From: an uncultured Nitrososphaeraceae archaeon
Lineage (GTDB): Archaea > Thermoproteota > Nitrososphaeria > Nitrososphaerales > Nitrososphaeraceae
Direction: 5' to 3'
NCBI GenBank assembly: GCA_963729045.1
Contig: CAVSMN010000016.1
Location: 1 to 64,000 of the forward strand
Length of the DNA: 64,000 nucleotides
A program made the position numbers and the translations under genes. Under the pieces are notes generated by a model. That model worked only from the letters and a program-made list of their open reading frames with translations. It searched no databases and was not told the origin of the DNA. Positions 1-12,080 of the stretch are shown piece after piece (the first letter of the stretch is position 1; the number at the start of each line of letters is the position of its first letter).

Positions 1-116
1 AAACATGGCAAGCAGTTCCTCAGTCAGTCATAAGAAATATTATTACCGACATAAGGAAAAGAAAGGGCATTAATCCAGAACCTCCTTCACCTGATGAATT
101 CATAGATAAAGATTAA
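1..116 (+). CDS. fusA: Translation elongation factor EF-2, C-terminal end (partial)
   Basis: Manual translation from base 3: TWQAVPQSVIRNIITDIRKRKGINPEPPSPDEFIDKD*; IRKRKG..PEPP is the typical archaeal EF-2 C-terminus. Confidence 0.85.
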   Translation, partial: TWQAVPQSVIRNIITDIRKRKGINPEPPSPDEFIDKD

Positions 117-166
117 TAGTCAAACTAAGGAATTCATACCCTATTTTTCTTTAGGATTTAAATCAA

Positions 167-1128
167 TCATTTTATTTGACAAGATTTAAGATAAGTTTTT
201 CGAAGCATATTCATCATAAAAAATAGAGATCCAAATAGCATTGGTATACTTATAACCACGAACAGAATCTGATAGAAGTTTAATGAAGATAAAAGCACCA
301 TGGAACTAAATCCCACTAGGGAGTAAAACAAACTACCCATGCATGTCGGACACCCTACAAATAATCCAGTAGAGATTCCTACAGCACCAAATAGGTTTCT
401 TTTTGACATTTTAACCGTTCGATTTTTTGATAAAATGAATATGTTTAGGGTAACATTCAACCCAACTAAAATAGATAGTGTTATCCCAATTATTAAGTTC
501 AGAGGTATTATTAGAATAGATAGGCTTTCACTTAATTGCAGAATCAGCATTGGCAGATATCCAATATAATTGCAGCAAATAATGAGTTTGTAAGTGGGGT
601 AATCAATGCTACTAACGAAGTCCTCATTTAGACTTTCTGTTTCCGAAGCATTTTGGTGATGATTGGTTGTATGAGACCCGTTTAATTCATGTGGTAAATG
701 ATCAGATGGGGGAATGGGGTAAATTGAAAATACGGTATTTTCATCAACGAAATAAATAAAGATATTTGAAAGAAACCCAAAGAATACAAAATAAACCAGA
801 CTAGAAATTAGAAAAATGAGTTTGTAGTTTGTTGATTTGAAAGGAGATTGCAAGTGGTACAGCAAATTCTGAGGATTGTTTTCAATTTTTGATTTTGAAA
901 AATAATACTTGTGAATACTCAAATAAAAAAGAAAAAGACAAGCTAAATAACCTATCAGGTACCTGATGCAGCAAGTGAGTATAATGAATCAGACAAAAAA
1001 ACTTCTACGCCTGGGGAAGTAATGCGGGAATAAGAGTAAAGAATAATGAATAAAACTGTACCAATCAATGATGGAATTGCTATTCCGTTTTTATACTTTG
1101 AATAATTCTGGTACTTATTCAATTTCAT
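167..1128 (-). CDS. Multi-pass membrane protein with CPTC motif (frameshifted near 960)
   Basis: ORF 167..922 has several TM segments, ICC and GCPTC motifs; a hydrophobic N-terminal part from ATG 1128 (MKLNKYQNYSKYKNGIAIPSLIGTVLFIILY...) lies in another frame. Confidence 0.6.
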
Positions 1129-1551
1129 ATTAATTTCATTGCAAGTTTAAAATAAGCGTTTCAGAATGTACCAGCCAAAACAGGCTTGACTTGAAAAAAC
1201 TACAAATCTTCCCAATATTTGACATATTAGTAGTTTACAAATCTAACACCACGCCTAACCCGCAAAAAAGGCGTTGAAAATGATTTTTTGGCCAGCCCTC
1301 TTTCTCTCTAGTTTTGATTTGACAACCTAAATATAACAGCGAACAAATTTTTTAGAATTGTGAAATTAAATTATCTTGATTTTGATCAAATGCCATTTTT
1401 AACCCCGTCAAATCATATCTTTGATCTTTGCTTTTTTGCTAAATCGAGGATTTGTATGTATGTTTCATTAAAAAAAAATACATTTGATAAACTAGTTACG
1501 AATTTTGAAATAGGAGCAGCAAAATCGTTTAAATGAGGATAAGGAAGAGAA

Positions 1552-4500
1552 ATGGACGTCAATATCTGGAATTCGATTGAAAACAAATGGTTACAAATTT
1601 GGGAGCAAAATGCAATAAATACATCGGATCCTATTTCGGGCCAAAAGAAATTTTTCATTACAGTTGCCTATCCATACCCAAACTCACCACAGCATATTGG
1701 ACACGGAAGAACCTACACTATAGCAGATGTACATGCCAGATACAAGATGCTAAGGGGTTATAACGTACTCTTTCCTATGGCTTTTCATTATACAGGTACC
1801 CCAATTCTAGGGATGGCAAGGAGGGTACAAGCAGGTGATAAAGAAATCATAGAAAATTTCAGAAAAATATACAATATCAGTGACGAAGATATACTTACCT
1901 TTAAGGAGCCTCTTCAAATAGCCAAATATTTTCATAACGAGATTAAGGCCGGAATGAAAGAGATGGGGTATTCAATTGATTGGAGACGGGAATTTACAAC
2001 CATTGATCCTATATATAAGAAACTAATATCTTGGCAATTTGAAACTCTTCATAAACTCGGGGTGATCGAACAAGGGTCTCATCCAGTTGGTTGGTGTCCT
2101 TATGACTCAAACCCAGTTAGCCAGCATGATACTTTGGGTGACATTGAGCCATCATTTACGGAGTATTCCCTGATCAAATTCAAGCTTAAAAATGAGAATA
2201 TATTCATACCTGTAGCTACATTAAGACCAGAAACTATTTTTGGAGTGACTAATCTTTGGATAAATCCAAACGAAGAGTATGCTGTCGTACTTGTTAACGA
2301 AACTGAAGATTGGATATTAAGCAGATCCGCCGCAAAGAAATTAGAGTATCTGAATTATTCAATTAAAGTAACCAGGACACTTTTAGGCAAAGAATTGATT
2401 GGCTCGTTGGTTGAATCTCCACTAACGACCCGATTTATTCCAATTTTGCCCGCTAAATTTGTTACTTTAGAAGAAGGCAGTGGAATCGTAATGTCGGTTC
2501 CTGCTCACGCCCCATTTGATATGCAAGCCCTCTTGGATTTTACAAAACAATCTTCAGATTACCCCGCCGTATTGAGTCCAGACACGATTGTTCCTATCGT
2601 AATTATAAATTCTAAAATTCAAGAACAGTATGATCAAATACCAGACAATGTTGGTAGTGAAACTGCTACTAATACAAAAGGACGTTCTATTAAGGATACA
2701 GAAAGAGAATATAAGGGAAATGAGGTGATTCCATCAAGGGTTTTCCTAACAAAATACAATATATCTCACCAAAATGATCCTAATTTAGAGAATGCAACAT
2801 CTGAATTATACTCTACAGAATTCTATAGCGGGAAAATGAACGAAGGGACTTTTGAATATTCTGGAATGCCGGTTTCAAAGGCTAAAGATTTAGTCAAAGA
2901 CCGGTTAATTGCTTTAGGGGAGTCTGTTCCGTTTTTCGAAATGACTAACAAACCAGTTTACTGTAGATGCGGGACTCTATGTTTTGTCAAATTATTGAAT
3001 AACCAATGGTTTTTGAATTATGGTAATCCTGAATGGAAAACTTTGGCTTTTGAATGTTTAAACAGAATGGAAATAATACCCCATGAAATAATTAAAGAAT
3101 TTAAGAACGTATTTGATTGGCTTAAGGTTAGAGCTTGTGCGAGAAAAACTGGGTTAGGTACACCATTACCATGGGACAAAGACTGGATCATCGAGAGTTT
3201 GTCTGATTCTGTTATCTACATGGTATATTATATCATTTCTAAATATGTAAATTTGCACCATTTGGAAAAATATTCCAATTTTGTAGATAATGCATTTTTT
3301 GATTATGTTCTTTTGGGTGTCAAGTCTGGTCATTTCCTTGCGCTTGACGAAAATGATAATTTCTCAGACGATCTGGATTTCTATCCCGATTGATCCTAAT
3401 TTGGATAAATCGATCTTCACTGAGTTTTTACTTCAATCAAAACAAATTCGTGAAGAATTCAAATATTATTATCCTTTGGATTCTAGACACTCAGGGAGAG
3501 ACTTGGTACCAAATCACCTGTCCTTTTTTATATTTAATCACTCAATAATTTTTCCAAAATCTTTATGGCCTAGGCAAATAGTAGTCAACGGGTCTGTTTT
3601 AATGGACGGAAAGAAAATGTCAAAATCCATGGGAAATATAATACCATTGAGAAGTACTATAAAGCAGTTTAACGCAGATTCCATAAGAGTGGCCATGTTA
3701 GTTTTGGGAGAATTATTGCAAGATGTTGATTTTTCCTTTTCAACTCTTAAGGGTATATATTCGAGACTAAACGAAATTTATGAATTTGGTAAAGACTTTA
3801 TAACAAAACAAAAGACTGCTACAAACCCAAATGGTAAAGACGAAAACTTTTCTGACCTCTTTATTGATTTAGAATGGGAGGATAAATGGTTACTTCAACG
3901 TGTAAACTCTACCATCAAAGATATTACTAATTCATTTGAAGAAATGCGAATAAGAGATGCTCTAAATACAGTACTATATTTGATGGATAAAGATTTTGAA
4001 TGGTACAAGAAAAGAAAGGAATCCAGATCTGATCGCGTGTCTAAAAATAATACGGATATTTTTGTCATTTCATACTTTTTTAGAGCAAGAATCAAAATGC
4101 TGGCACCTTTTTGTCCATTTCTTGCGGAGGAGATGTGGGAATTTTTAGAACCACAAAAAGGATCCATTTTTCAGAATAGTTGGCCCAGTGTAAAAAGTGA
4201 ATTTGTTAATCCAGTTACAGATGAAAACGAATTAGAGATTTCAAATATCCTTGATGATTTGCATAAAATCTTGAAGGTGACAAGAAATGCACAACTAAAA
4301 AATATCCATATATATTTATCATCAACTGACAAAAAAATCCTCTATGATAAAGTTTTAAATCTGGTGACAAACGCTAAAACTAAGAATTTTGGACTTGTTA
4401 TGAAATCATTGCTTTCGGATTCTTCAATCTCTGCTGAACATAAGAATTTAGTGAAACGCAATCCGGATTTCATTAAGAAAATAAATGAGGATATTTTATC

Positions 4501-4711
4501 TCTATCCCCTTTAGCACAAGAAAGAAGGATAAACATAGGTTTGTTTGATGAATACAGCGCGTTGATGGATGGAATTGGATTGCTATCCTCTGAATTTGGC
4601 ATCCAGGAAACTTGTATCAAGGTATACTACGAAGATGACTCCAAAATACATGACCCCAAAGATAAAGCAAAGTTCTCCAGACCCTTTAAGCCAGCAATAT
4701 ATCTTGAATGA
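1552..4711 (+). CDS. leuS: Leucine--tRNA ligase, archaeal type (frameshift near 3370-3390)
   Basis: PYPNSPQHIGH (HIGH) and TLRPET editing-domain motif in 1552..3393; KMSKS and C-terminal PFKPAIYLE in 3290..4711. Confidence 0.95.
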
Positions 4712-4851
4712 TAAATTTAACCTAATGTTTGGACTCATTACGTTCGGGCCTCCAATATGGTCCTCCAGACTAAGCATCTGATATTCCCAGATAGAATTAA
4801 TCTATTTTTTTTGGAGATGAACTGTTGAAATACCAATTTTCATACTACCAA

Positions 4852-5352
4852 TCACTTTAAGAATTTGAAAGTATCGAGTATCGTATCAAATGTTTCCTGG
4901 CTTTCTTTAGATTCAAATTGTTCGACTGTATTTTGAAAAGCCAAAAGAAATCCTTGACCATCATGAGAAACAAGGAAGCGTTTAATTTTGATATTTCCAG
5001 ATTCAGAGGGATAAATACTGGTTGTGTATGCGGTCTTATTACCATTTATCTCATACGGCTGGGTTCCTACTTCCTCAATTAAAATTTCTATATCCCCAAG
5101 TGATGATTTCAACCCCTTTTCTAAACCAAAAATTCTCAGCCCAACGTTTGCCTCAGTTGACAATTTGATTAGATTAAATTGCAAATCTTTATTTCTTAAA
5201 TTAATGCTATAGTTAGCCTCACCGTCTGAGGGATCATCCTGAGGTAAAAGGGACGAGTTGTAAAAAAATGAGATCCCCATGTTTTTACTATAAAATCTTT
5301 TGAATAAAATGTCATCCATTATTTTTCTAGATGACAAATAACTAGCATTCAT
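4852..5352 (-). CDS. Hypothetical protein, PsbP/Mog1-like fold suspected
   Basis: 166-aa ORF ending FDTILDTFKFLK, like PsbP-related C-termini. Confidence 0.5.
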   Translation of the reverse strand: MNASYLSSRKIMDDILFKRFYSKNMGISFFYNSSLLPQDDPSDGEANYSINLRNKDLQFNLIKLSTEANVGLRIFGLEKGLKSSLGDIEILIEEVGTQPYEINGNKTAYTTSIYPSESGNIKIKRFLVSHDGQGFLLAFQNTVEQFESKESQETFDTILDTFKFLK

Positions 5353-5399
5353 TGTTTTTAAAATCTACTGTTAATTTTCAATTTAGATTCTGATGACTA

Positions 5400-5633
5400 C
5401 TATCGTGGATTAGTAGCTTTTCGTTTCTGTAGTCTATCCAGATAGTAGTAAGACACAAAATATAAGAAGAATCCACTAACGACCACTATAAAACCATAAA
5501 TAGAAACTGATTCTCTGTCAGACAAACTTCCAAACCCCACAAGAATTGCTCCAAGGATCATTAATGCGATGCCAACCCTTAATGGACCCGGCATTTTCCT
5601 TTTTTTTGGTTTGGGCGCCCTATTTGCAACCAT
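5400..5633 (-). CDS. Small two-TM membrane protein
   Basis: 77-aa ORF, basic N-terminus plus two hydrophobic helices. Confidence 0.65.
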   Translation of the reverse strand: MVANRAPKPKKRKMPGPLRVGIALMILGAILVGFGSLSDRESVSIYGFIVVVSGFFLYFVSYYYLDRLQKRKATNPR

Positions 5634-5733
5634 CTAATACATTACTTACCTGGGATCTTCTTTTTAATCATATCCATTTGCATTCCAACTAATGAAATCA
5701 ATTTATTTGTCATTAATGGTACAGTCTGATATT

Positions 5734-6765
5734 ATGAAGATCGCTGTAGTTGGGATAGGTGTTGCAGGTGCATATTTAATGAATCAACTTAGTGATCTGC
5801 ACGATATACATGTGCAGGGTTTTGAAAGAATGCCTGAAAAGGAGCATGATGCCGTGTGTGCTTGGGCTACGTGCGATAATGTAATGAGAGATTACGCCAA
5901 AATATGTGGTCTAAACTTTGACAATTATGTTTTGCATGATGGAAAAAAGATGAGGGTAGACATTGGGGAAGGGATAAACTCTGGTAATACAATTGACATT
6001 AATTTAAAAGGTATGATAAGCTATGATAAGTTAAAACTAATCCAAGATATGATAAGTGGTACCGATATTGTGTTTGAAAAAGTACCAAATAAGAAAAATC
6101 TTGAACAAGATTTTGACCTGATTATTGATTCCACCGGATTTCACAGACATTATTTACCCAAGTTAAGCGATGAACTGTGGATACCATGTATTCAATATAA
6201 AGTAAAATATGATCAAGTACCTTTCGATGATTTTTATTTAAAGGCCTTTCCGTTGTTATCAGGCTATTTTTGGTACTTTCCCTTGGGCAATGGATATGCA
6301 CATATAGGCTCAGGAGACTTTAGAAGAAAACAAACTCATGTTTTTATGGACTCATTTATGAAAAAATATCCATGCCAAGTAATCAAAAAGGTAGGTAGAC
6401 CAGTTAGGATTACACCTCCCTCAAAGTGCCTTCCATTTGATGATGGAAATAAGACAATTGGAGTGGGAGAATCAATAGGTACGGTGTATGCTCTTTTAGG
6501 TGAAGGTATCATCCCATCTACCATTTGTGCTCAACTCTTCGTTGACAATTTATACGACAAAGAGAGATACTTTTCACAAGTGTTGTCAACATTCAAAATT
6601 TATACTAGTGTATATAACTTTATAAAAAAGCGAATATCTCAAAATTTTAACATTCTAAAGGATTTTGTTGAATTAATCAAAATTTACAAGTACATGAAAA
6701 AAAGTGAGGATCGGTTTGGAATGGAAATAAATATGCTAAATCTCTTTAAACTTACAAAAATCTAA
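5734..6765 (+). CDS. Geranylgeranyl reductase-family FAD oxidoreductase
   Basis: MKIAVVGIGVAG Rossmann start, YFWYFP (YxWxFP) and GEGI motifs; ORF track starts at 5692. Confidence 0.8.
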   Translation: MKIAVVGIGVAGAYLMNQLSDLHDIHVQGFERMPEKEHDAVCAWATCDNVMRDYAKICGLNFDNYVLHDGKKMRVDIGEGINSGNTIDINLKGMISYDKLKLIQDMISGTDIVFEKVPNKKNLEQDFDLIIDSTGFHRHYLPKLSDELWIPCIQYKVKYDQVPFDDFYLKAFPLLSGYFWYFPLGNGYAHIGSGDFRRKQTHVFMDSFMKKYPCQVIKKVGRPVRITPPSKCLPFDDGNKTIGVGESIGTVYALLGEGIIPSTICAQLFVDNLYDKERYFSQVLSTFKIYTSVYNFIKKRISQNFNILKDFVELIKIYKYMKKSEDRFGMEINMLNLFKLTKI

Positions 6766-6830
6766 TAATATGCTTAATTTTGTTTAAACCGCTCACTGGT
6801 AATCGTTTTACAAATTCCTAAACCTAACCT

Positions 6831-7289
6831 TTATGATTTCATCTTGTGCTGCAATGAGATTAAAGTAACTACTAATATCCCAAATAACGCGATTCCGGTT
6901 GAAAGATGACTTGCAACTACAATAGGTTGCAATTTTGTTGCAATTACTGCCCATCCAAGAATTATTTGTGAAACAAGGAGAGTTGATGCTATGGAAAGTT
7001 TTATGCTTAAATTCCTGTTTCTAATCTTGATGAATGAAAATGCAGTAAATGAAAATAATGACAGGGCTAGAATTAGTCCTAAAAATCGATGAAAGTGTTC
7101 ATAAAAGTATTCCTTTGGAGGAAATCCAAAGCCGTTTGGACATAGAGGCCATGTCTTACAAGAGTATCCCTGATGAATTGATGAAAGATAAACACCTACA
7201 ATCATTATAGAAAAGGTTAAACTCAGAATTATGAAAGTAACTACAAATAGTGATTTGCTTGGAAAGCCATCCTGGCCTTTGCTCATCAA
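6831..7289 (-). CDS. ctaA: Heme A synthase, half-size COX15/CtaA family
   Basis: CKTWPLC loop, EHFHR motif, later conserved His, four TM helices. Confidence 0.8.
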   Translation of the reverse strand: MMSKGQDGFPSKSLFVVTFIILSLTFSIMIVGVYLSSIHQGYSCKTWPLCPNGFGFPPKEYFYEHFHRFLGLILALSLFSFTAFSFIKIRNRNLSIKLSIASTLLVSQIILGWAVIATKLQPIVVASHLSTGIALFGILVVTLISLQHKMKS

Positions 7290-7386
7290 ATTAAATAAAT
7301 ATTCATTTTTCTATCGTATTTTTAAATGTTTATAGCGGTCTAAAATTTATTAGAGTCCCTAAATTCAAAATAGTGATCTCAAATCT

Positions 7387-8108
7387 ATGAAATCTATAAA
7401 AATTTCTTGGCACTTCATTATCATTTCACCATTACTAATTATTTATTTCATGCTATTTGTCTCGCAGTCAGGTGAACCTACTAGCATACAAGCATTTAAT
7501 GGGACACTTTACAGTAAATCTCGAGGTTTTCTTGAAAATAATAAATTACCTGACACTACCCAAAATAATAATTTCAGCACATTAATTTTTTCAAATCCAT
7601 TCTATTTATCAAATGATACTTTAATGCTAGGCAAAATCCCACTAGAAAATCAGACACAATAAATAGGGAGGCTCAATTTTTTGTTGAAAGAGGAATAATC
7701 AATACTTCAATGGTAACGTACAATGTGGGGTATTATATCAAGGATTCCGAAAATGAATGGGTCTAATTCTGATTCTATACCATTGAGCATCGACCTCAAG
7801 ACCGAAACAGGACCAAATTATGCCAAAGGATCTGGTATTTTCCTGACCGAGAATGGGGGCATTATTGAATGGGATGCATTCGACCAAATTATCAACAAGT
7901 CAGATGATAAGGTTCCTTACACAGGGATGATTTTTTTTCTCCTACTGTTAACAAGAATGATGAATTATCTTTACTCAAAAATCGACTGGGATTGTATGAA
8001 TTTTCAATCGATTATGACACTACCACTCTCTTCTTTCTACATATACTACTAATTCTGATACTAGCACCCATAGAACGATATGGTTCTGGCCCAATACCCA
8101 CTAATTAG
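7387..8108 (+). CDS. Secreted hypothetical protein, broken into fragments by frameshifts
   Basis: Signal-peptide ORF 7387..7662 followed by co-oriented fragment 7723..8052 and coding-like tail; end approximate. Confidence 0.4.
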
Positions 8109-8166
8109 TATCAAGATTTGAGTTGATAAAAACTATCTTCAAAGTACTGATAAAGGGAAAATCTAT

Positions 8167-8824
8167 ATGATAGTCAAAAAGAGAAAAAGAAAGACAAAGC
8201 CTAAAAAGTCAAAGAGACTCCGAAAAAAATCGAATATCTCCTTGAATTCGTTACCAACCATGGATGGCATATTATTTGAAGAACAAGTAGAAAAATGTTC
8301 CTTTAGTTGTACCGAATAAAAATAAAGAGGAATCCAAAAAAATCCTGAGATTAATAGTTTATATAAATGAATTCGATAGAATAAACAAAGAAGGCAAACA
8401 AAAATGCAGAAATAACGACTGTGAAAATTTGGTTTGTAAACCATTTAGAAAATATTGTTCGAGAAAATGCAGCGTGGAATTTACGAGATGGTATAATAAG
8501 AATTTTTATTGGCGTAATATTCGAAATAGCATTTTGAAGAGGGATGATTATACTTGCCAGATTTGTAGATTAAAATTGAATAAAAAGAAAAGACACAATA
8601 AGAAAATTGGGAATTGGCTTGAGTGTGACCATATCATACCTAAATCCTACTACACTTTTTTAGGATATAATTTTGACACATTAGAAAATAAAATTAAGAC
8701 AGTATTGGAATTTCTACATAATGATAATAATCTAAGGACTTTGTGTTATAAATGTCATAAAAAAGTAACACTAAATAACCTCAAGACAAAGTCATTACTT
8801 ATTGATATAAACGATGATGATTGA
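8167..8824 (+). CDS. HNH endonuclease with N-terminal Cys-rich zinc finger (one frameshift near 8295)
   Basis: RDDYTCQIC...ECDHIIP...NLRTLCYKCHKK in 8429..8824; same frame extends upstream through CRNNDC...YCSRKC; basic N-terminus from ATG 8167 in another frame. Confidence 0.8.
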
Positions 8825-9093
8825 TAGAACATAATCAGGGCTGTAGTTATTAAATGATGGTTTGATCTAACATTTTCTGTAACTAGATTGAAGAATAACA
8901 TTTAGAATAATACTGACAAAGTATAATGAGCCAGCAGGACGGGCCCGGAGATTTATTGAATTATCTTGCATTTATTAAAGAGATCTATATGATCTATATT
9001 CTTTATGATTATCATCTAAATGTTATATTAGATTTTACGCGAATAATTACATAAAGAAATTTATAGTATATATCATTAATAGGTTTAACAAAT

Positions 9094-10338
9094 TTGAATA
9101 ACATCTTGGCAGACCAAACTCTAGGGTTAAAAAAGAGAATTCAAGATGACCTTCGACGTCTGGACGAAATCTACAGGGTTGGGGTTGAAATTGAAATTTG
9201 TTTACTTGATGACAAATCACTGCCCGTGAACGCACATGCTTTGATTAAGGAATTAAGTACCAAGTATGACATAGATTTTGAATATGGCAAGTGTCAATTT
9301 GAAGTTAAAACTGACCCAATTTCAATGCACAGTTTGTCAATGGTGAATGTTTTTTTCGAAGAATTCATAGATTATCTGGGTGTCGCAATTAAGAAAGTCT
9401 ACAAGAATAGGAATGTAATCCCAGTTTTTCTTGGAGGAAATCCTTCTCCTGAGATATTCAAAAAGAAGTTGATAACAAGAAAAGAGCGTTATCTGAATAT
9501 CTATGAATGGCAAAAAAAGTTTCCAAAAATCGAAATTGATGGTCAGCAGTTCAAGGCATGTGACATTGCCACTGCGATACAGGGATTTCACCTTCATTTA
9601 CAAGGTCTAAATCCTGTTTATACTACATACATGTTCAATTATATTTTAAATTTATTACCTTCAGCAATATTGCTAGGTTCAAATAGTAGATTATTTGCGG
9701 GCAAACTATTTTCACTTTATGAACCACGTGTTTATTTATATGATCATTCAGAACAACAAAATTCTGGGTTTCCGGCCATTGCAAAATATTTAGACCGAAT
9801 TGAAGATTATGTAGACTACATTGCCTCCAGACCAGGTTCTGATAGTACTAATGATTATTTTGGTCTTGAAAAAGATAGACACGATGATCTTAGGATAAGG
9901 TTGAATTCCCCTTATTACAGGGTTGAAACAAGAATAATGTCTGTTCAACCAACCCCAAAGGAAATTGTGGCGATGATAGAGTTTTTTATCGGGTTTTTGT
10001 ATCGCTCTATTCTGGAGGGAAAACCTTTACGACCATTATCATCTATCCGAGAAGAAAGGCTAGCCGTGATCCGTACTGGGTACAATTCTAAAACTCATTT
10101 CAATATTTCAGAAACTGCAAAGACTCAATTGCATGTGGCCAAACAAGGATTGAAAGATTTAGGGCTTGGACCTGAATTTATTGGTATACTTGAAAATAGA
10201 CTAGAAAACAAGACCTCTCCTGGAGAATACGTTACCAGATTATGGGATTCTAATTTTAATGGGAATGTTTATCAAACAGTATCCGAAATCATTCAACATG
10301 TTTGGGATAAAACAAAGAATAATTCCCCTTTACTTTAG
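9094..10338 (+). CDS. Glutamate--cysteine ligase family 2 (GCS2/YbdK-like) carboxylate-amine ligase
   Basis: VGVEIEICL, QFEVKT, GFHLHL, DLRIR and RVETRIM motifs. Confidence 0.8.
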   Translation: MNNILADQTLGLKKRIQDDLRRLDEIYRVGVEIEICLLDDKSLPVNAHALIKELSTKYDIDFEYGKCQFEVKTDPISMHSLSMVNVFFEEFIDYLGVAIKKVYKNRNVIPVFLGGNPSPEIFKKKLITRKERYLNIYEWQKKFPKIEIDGQQFKACDIATAIQGFHLHLQGLNPVYTTYMFNYILNLLPSAILLGSNSRLFAGKLFSLYEPRVYLYDHSEQQNSGFPAIAKYLDRIEDYVDYIASRPGSDSTNDYFGLEKDRHDDLRIRLNSPYYRVETRIMSVQPTPKEIVAMIEFFIGFLYRSILEGKPLRPLSSIREERLAVIRTGYNSKTHFNISETAKTQLHVAKQGLKDLGLGPEFIGILENRLENKTSPGEYVTRLWDSNFNGNVYQTVSEIIQHVWDKTKNNSPLL

Positions 10339-10517
10339 AACTTTTCTACAATATTTGTTATATTCATATTTTCTATCTTTTTGTTCAGTTAAATTTTCCT
10401 CTAATTCATTTAACAAAATTTTAATAGATAATAATGTGTGTTAAATGAGTCAGCCGGGATATGGGAACAAGGAAGGTTTTTTAATTATTGTGGTTTATTG
10501 GGAGACAGATGAATTAG

Positions 10518-11924
10518 TTGGATAATGTATTACTCCCTGCTTCTTTGACCGATGATCAAATGAATGATCTAATATCCGACTTGCAAATATTGATAAGGCA
10601 GCCTAGCATTTCTGCAACAAATCAGGGTCTGGAGGAGTGTTCGATCCTTTTGTCAAATATGATGAAAAATGCTGGAATTAAAACAGACCTTTTATTCTTG
10701 GATTTAGAAGAACAAATAGAAAGTAGAACTATCAGCCGAATACCTCCGATAGTTTATGGTGAGGTTAAATCAAAATCTAATCCCAGCGGAAAGACAATTT
10801 TATTTTATAATCATTATGATGTTCAACCAGTGGATCCAATAGAAAAGTGGAACGAGGATCCTTTTAGTGGGAAAGTAATAGGCAATCACATATACGGTCG
10901 AGGATCCTCTGATGATAAAGGCGAACTAATTACTAGAATAAAGGCCGTAGAATATTTTTTGCAAGAGACAGGAGACGTTCCTTGCAACATTAAATTCCTA
11001 ATAGAAGGTGAGGAGGAAATTGGAAGTCCAAATTTGATAAATTATGTTCAAAGGTACAAGGAAGAATTCAAATCCGATTTGGTAATCTGGGAAAGCGGTT
11101 ATGTTGATAAGGACGACAGAGCAATAATTTCATTGGGTCAAAAAGGCATCCTGAATGTAGAAATTAAAGTACATGGACCTAGCCGGGACGTTCATTCAAG
11201 TTTAGCAGTTGCAATTGAGAGCCCTGCTTGGAGATTAGTTCATTTATTGTCTTTGTTATATAACCCCAATGACGGAAAAATTCTAATTAAAGGATGGTAT
11301 GACGAGGTAACGTCTCTAAGTGAAAAGGAATTACAATTAATTGCCAATGAACCTTTCAATGAGGAAGCATTCAAAAAGGAATACGGAATATCATGTTTCA
11401 TAAAGGGACAATCTTCTTACGAGATAAAGAAAGCCCTCGCCACAGAACCTTCCTGTAACATTTCAGGACTGGTTACAGGCTATACCAATAAAGGAGTAAA
11501 AACAATACTTCCCTCGACCGCTACCGTCAAGATGGATTTCAGATTAGTCCCAAATATGGATCCGAAATTACAATTCAATAAATTGGTAAAATACTTGAGA
11601 TCAAAAGGATATTCAGAAAAAGATGTAACTATACACTATCTAAGCGGTGAGCCGGCATTTAGAACACCATTAAATAATGAATTTGTAAAATTAATTGTAG
11701 ATTCCGCATCAAAGATATTTAATGGCGTCGTTTTAAATGTCTCCTCGTCAGGCACTGGGCCCATGTATGTTTTTAAAGATATCCTAAACGTAGATTCAAT
11801 TTGCATTGGAAGTACTATTTTACCAAACAAAATGCATTCACCAAATGAATTCACTAATCTTGACCTCTTAAAAAAAGGCACGAGGTGCTTTATTGAAATC
11901 ATAAAGAATTTTTCAAGGAGTTAA
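10518..11924 (+). CDS. M20/M25/M40 family metallopeptidase
   Basis: YNHYDVQP, GRGSSDDKG, EGEEEIGS and HSPNE motifs. Confidence 0.92.
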   Translation: MDNVLLPASLTDDQMNDLISDLQILIRQPSISATNQGLEECSILLSNMMKNAGIKTDLLFLDLEEQIESRTISRIPPIVYGEVKSKSNPSGKTILFYNHYDVQPVDPIEKWNEDPFSGKVIGNHIYGRGSSDDKGELITRIKAVEYFLQETGDVPCNIKFLIEGEEEIGSPNLINYVQRYKEEFKSDLVIWESGYVDKDDRAIISLGQKGILNVEIKVHGPSRDVHSSLAVAIESPAWRLVHLLSLLYNPNDGKILIKGWYDEVTSLSEKELQLIANEPFNEEAFKKEYGISCFIKGQSSYEIKKALATEPSCNISGLVTGYTNKGVKTILPSTATVKMDFRLVPNMDPKLQFNKLVKYLRSKGYSEKDVTIHYLSGEPAFRTPLNNEFVKLIVDSASKIFNGVVLNVSSSGTGPMYVFKDILNVDSICIGSTILPNKMHSPNEFTNLDLLKKGTRCFIEIIKNFSRS

Positions 11925-12080
11925 ACTTTTGTAGAAGGCAAGAAACATTTTGTCAATCTCCTTAAATCTATAATTATTTCCAGACTAGTAGATTCAATCA
12001 CACAATCGATTTCGATATTTTTACTTTCTAATAGAAATTATCAAATAAAAGGATAAATACAAAAGAAATATAGAAATTTT

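Noticed and set aside
1251..1274. acgcct...aggcgt hairpin upstream of leuS as a leader RNA
   Set aside because: Only a 6-bp stem about 280 nt from the start, with no other supporting motif
3290..3393. Naturally split (alpha/beta) LeuRS or programmed frameshift
   Set aside because: Break sits in a variable insertion with no clear slippery site, and similar one-base breaks occur throughout the window; indel error is more likely
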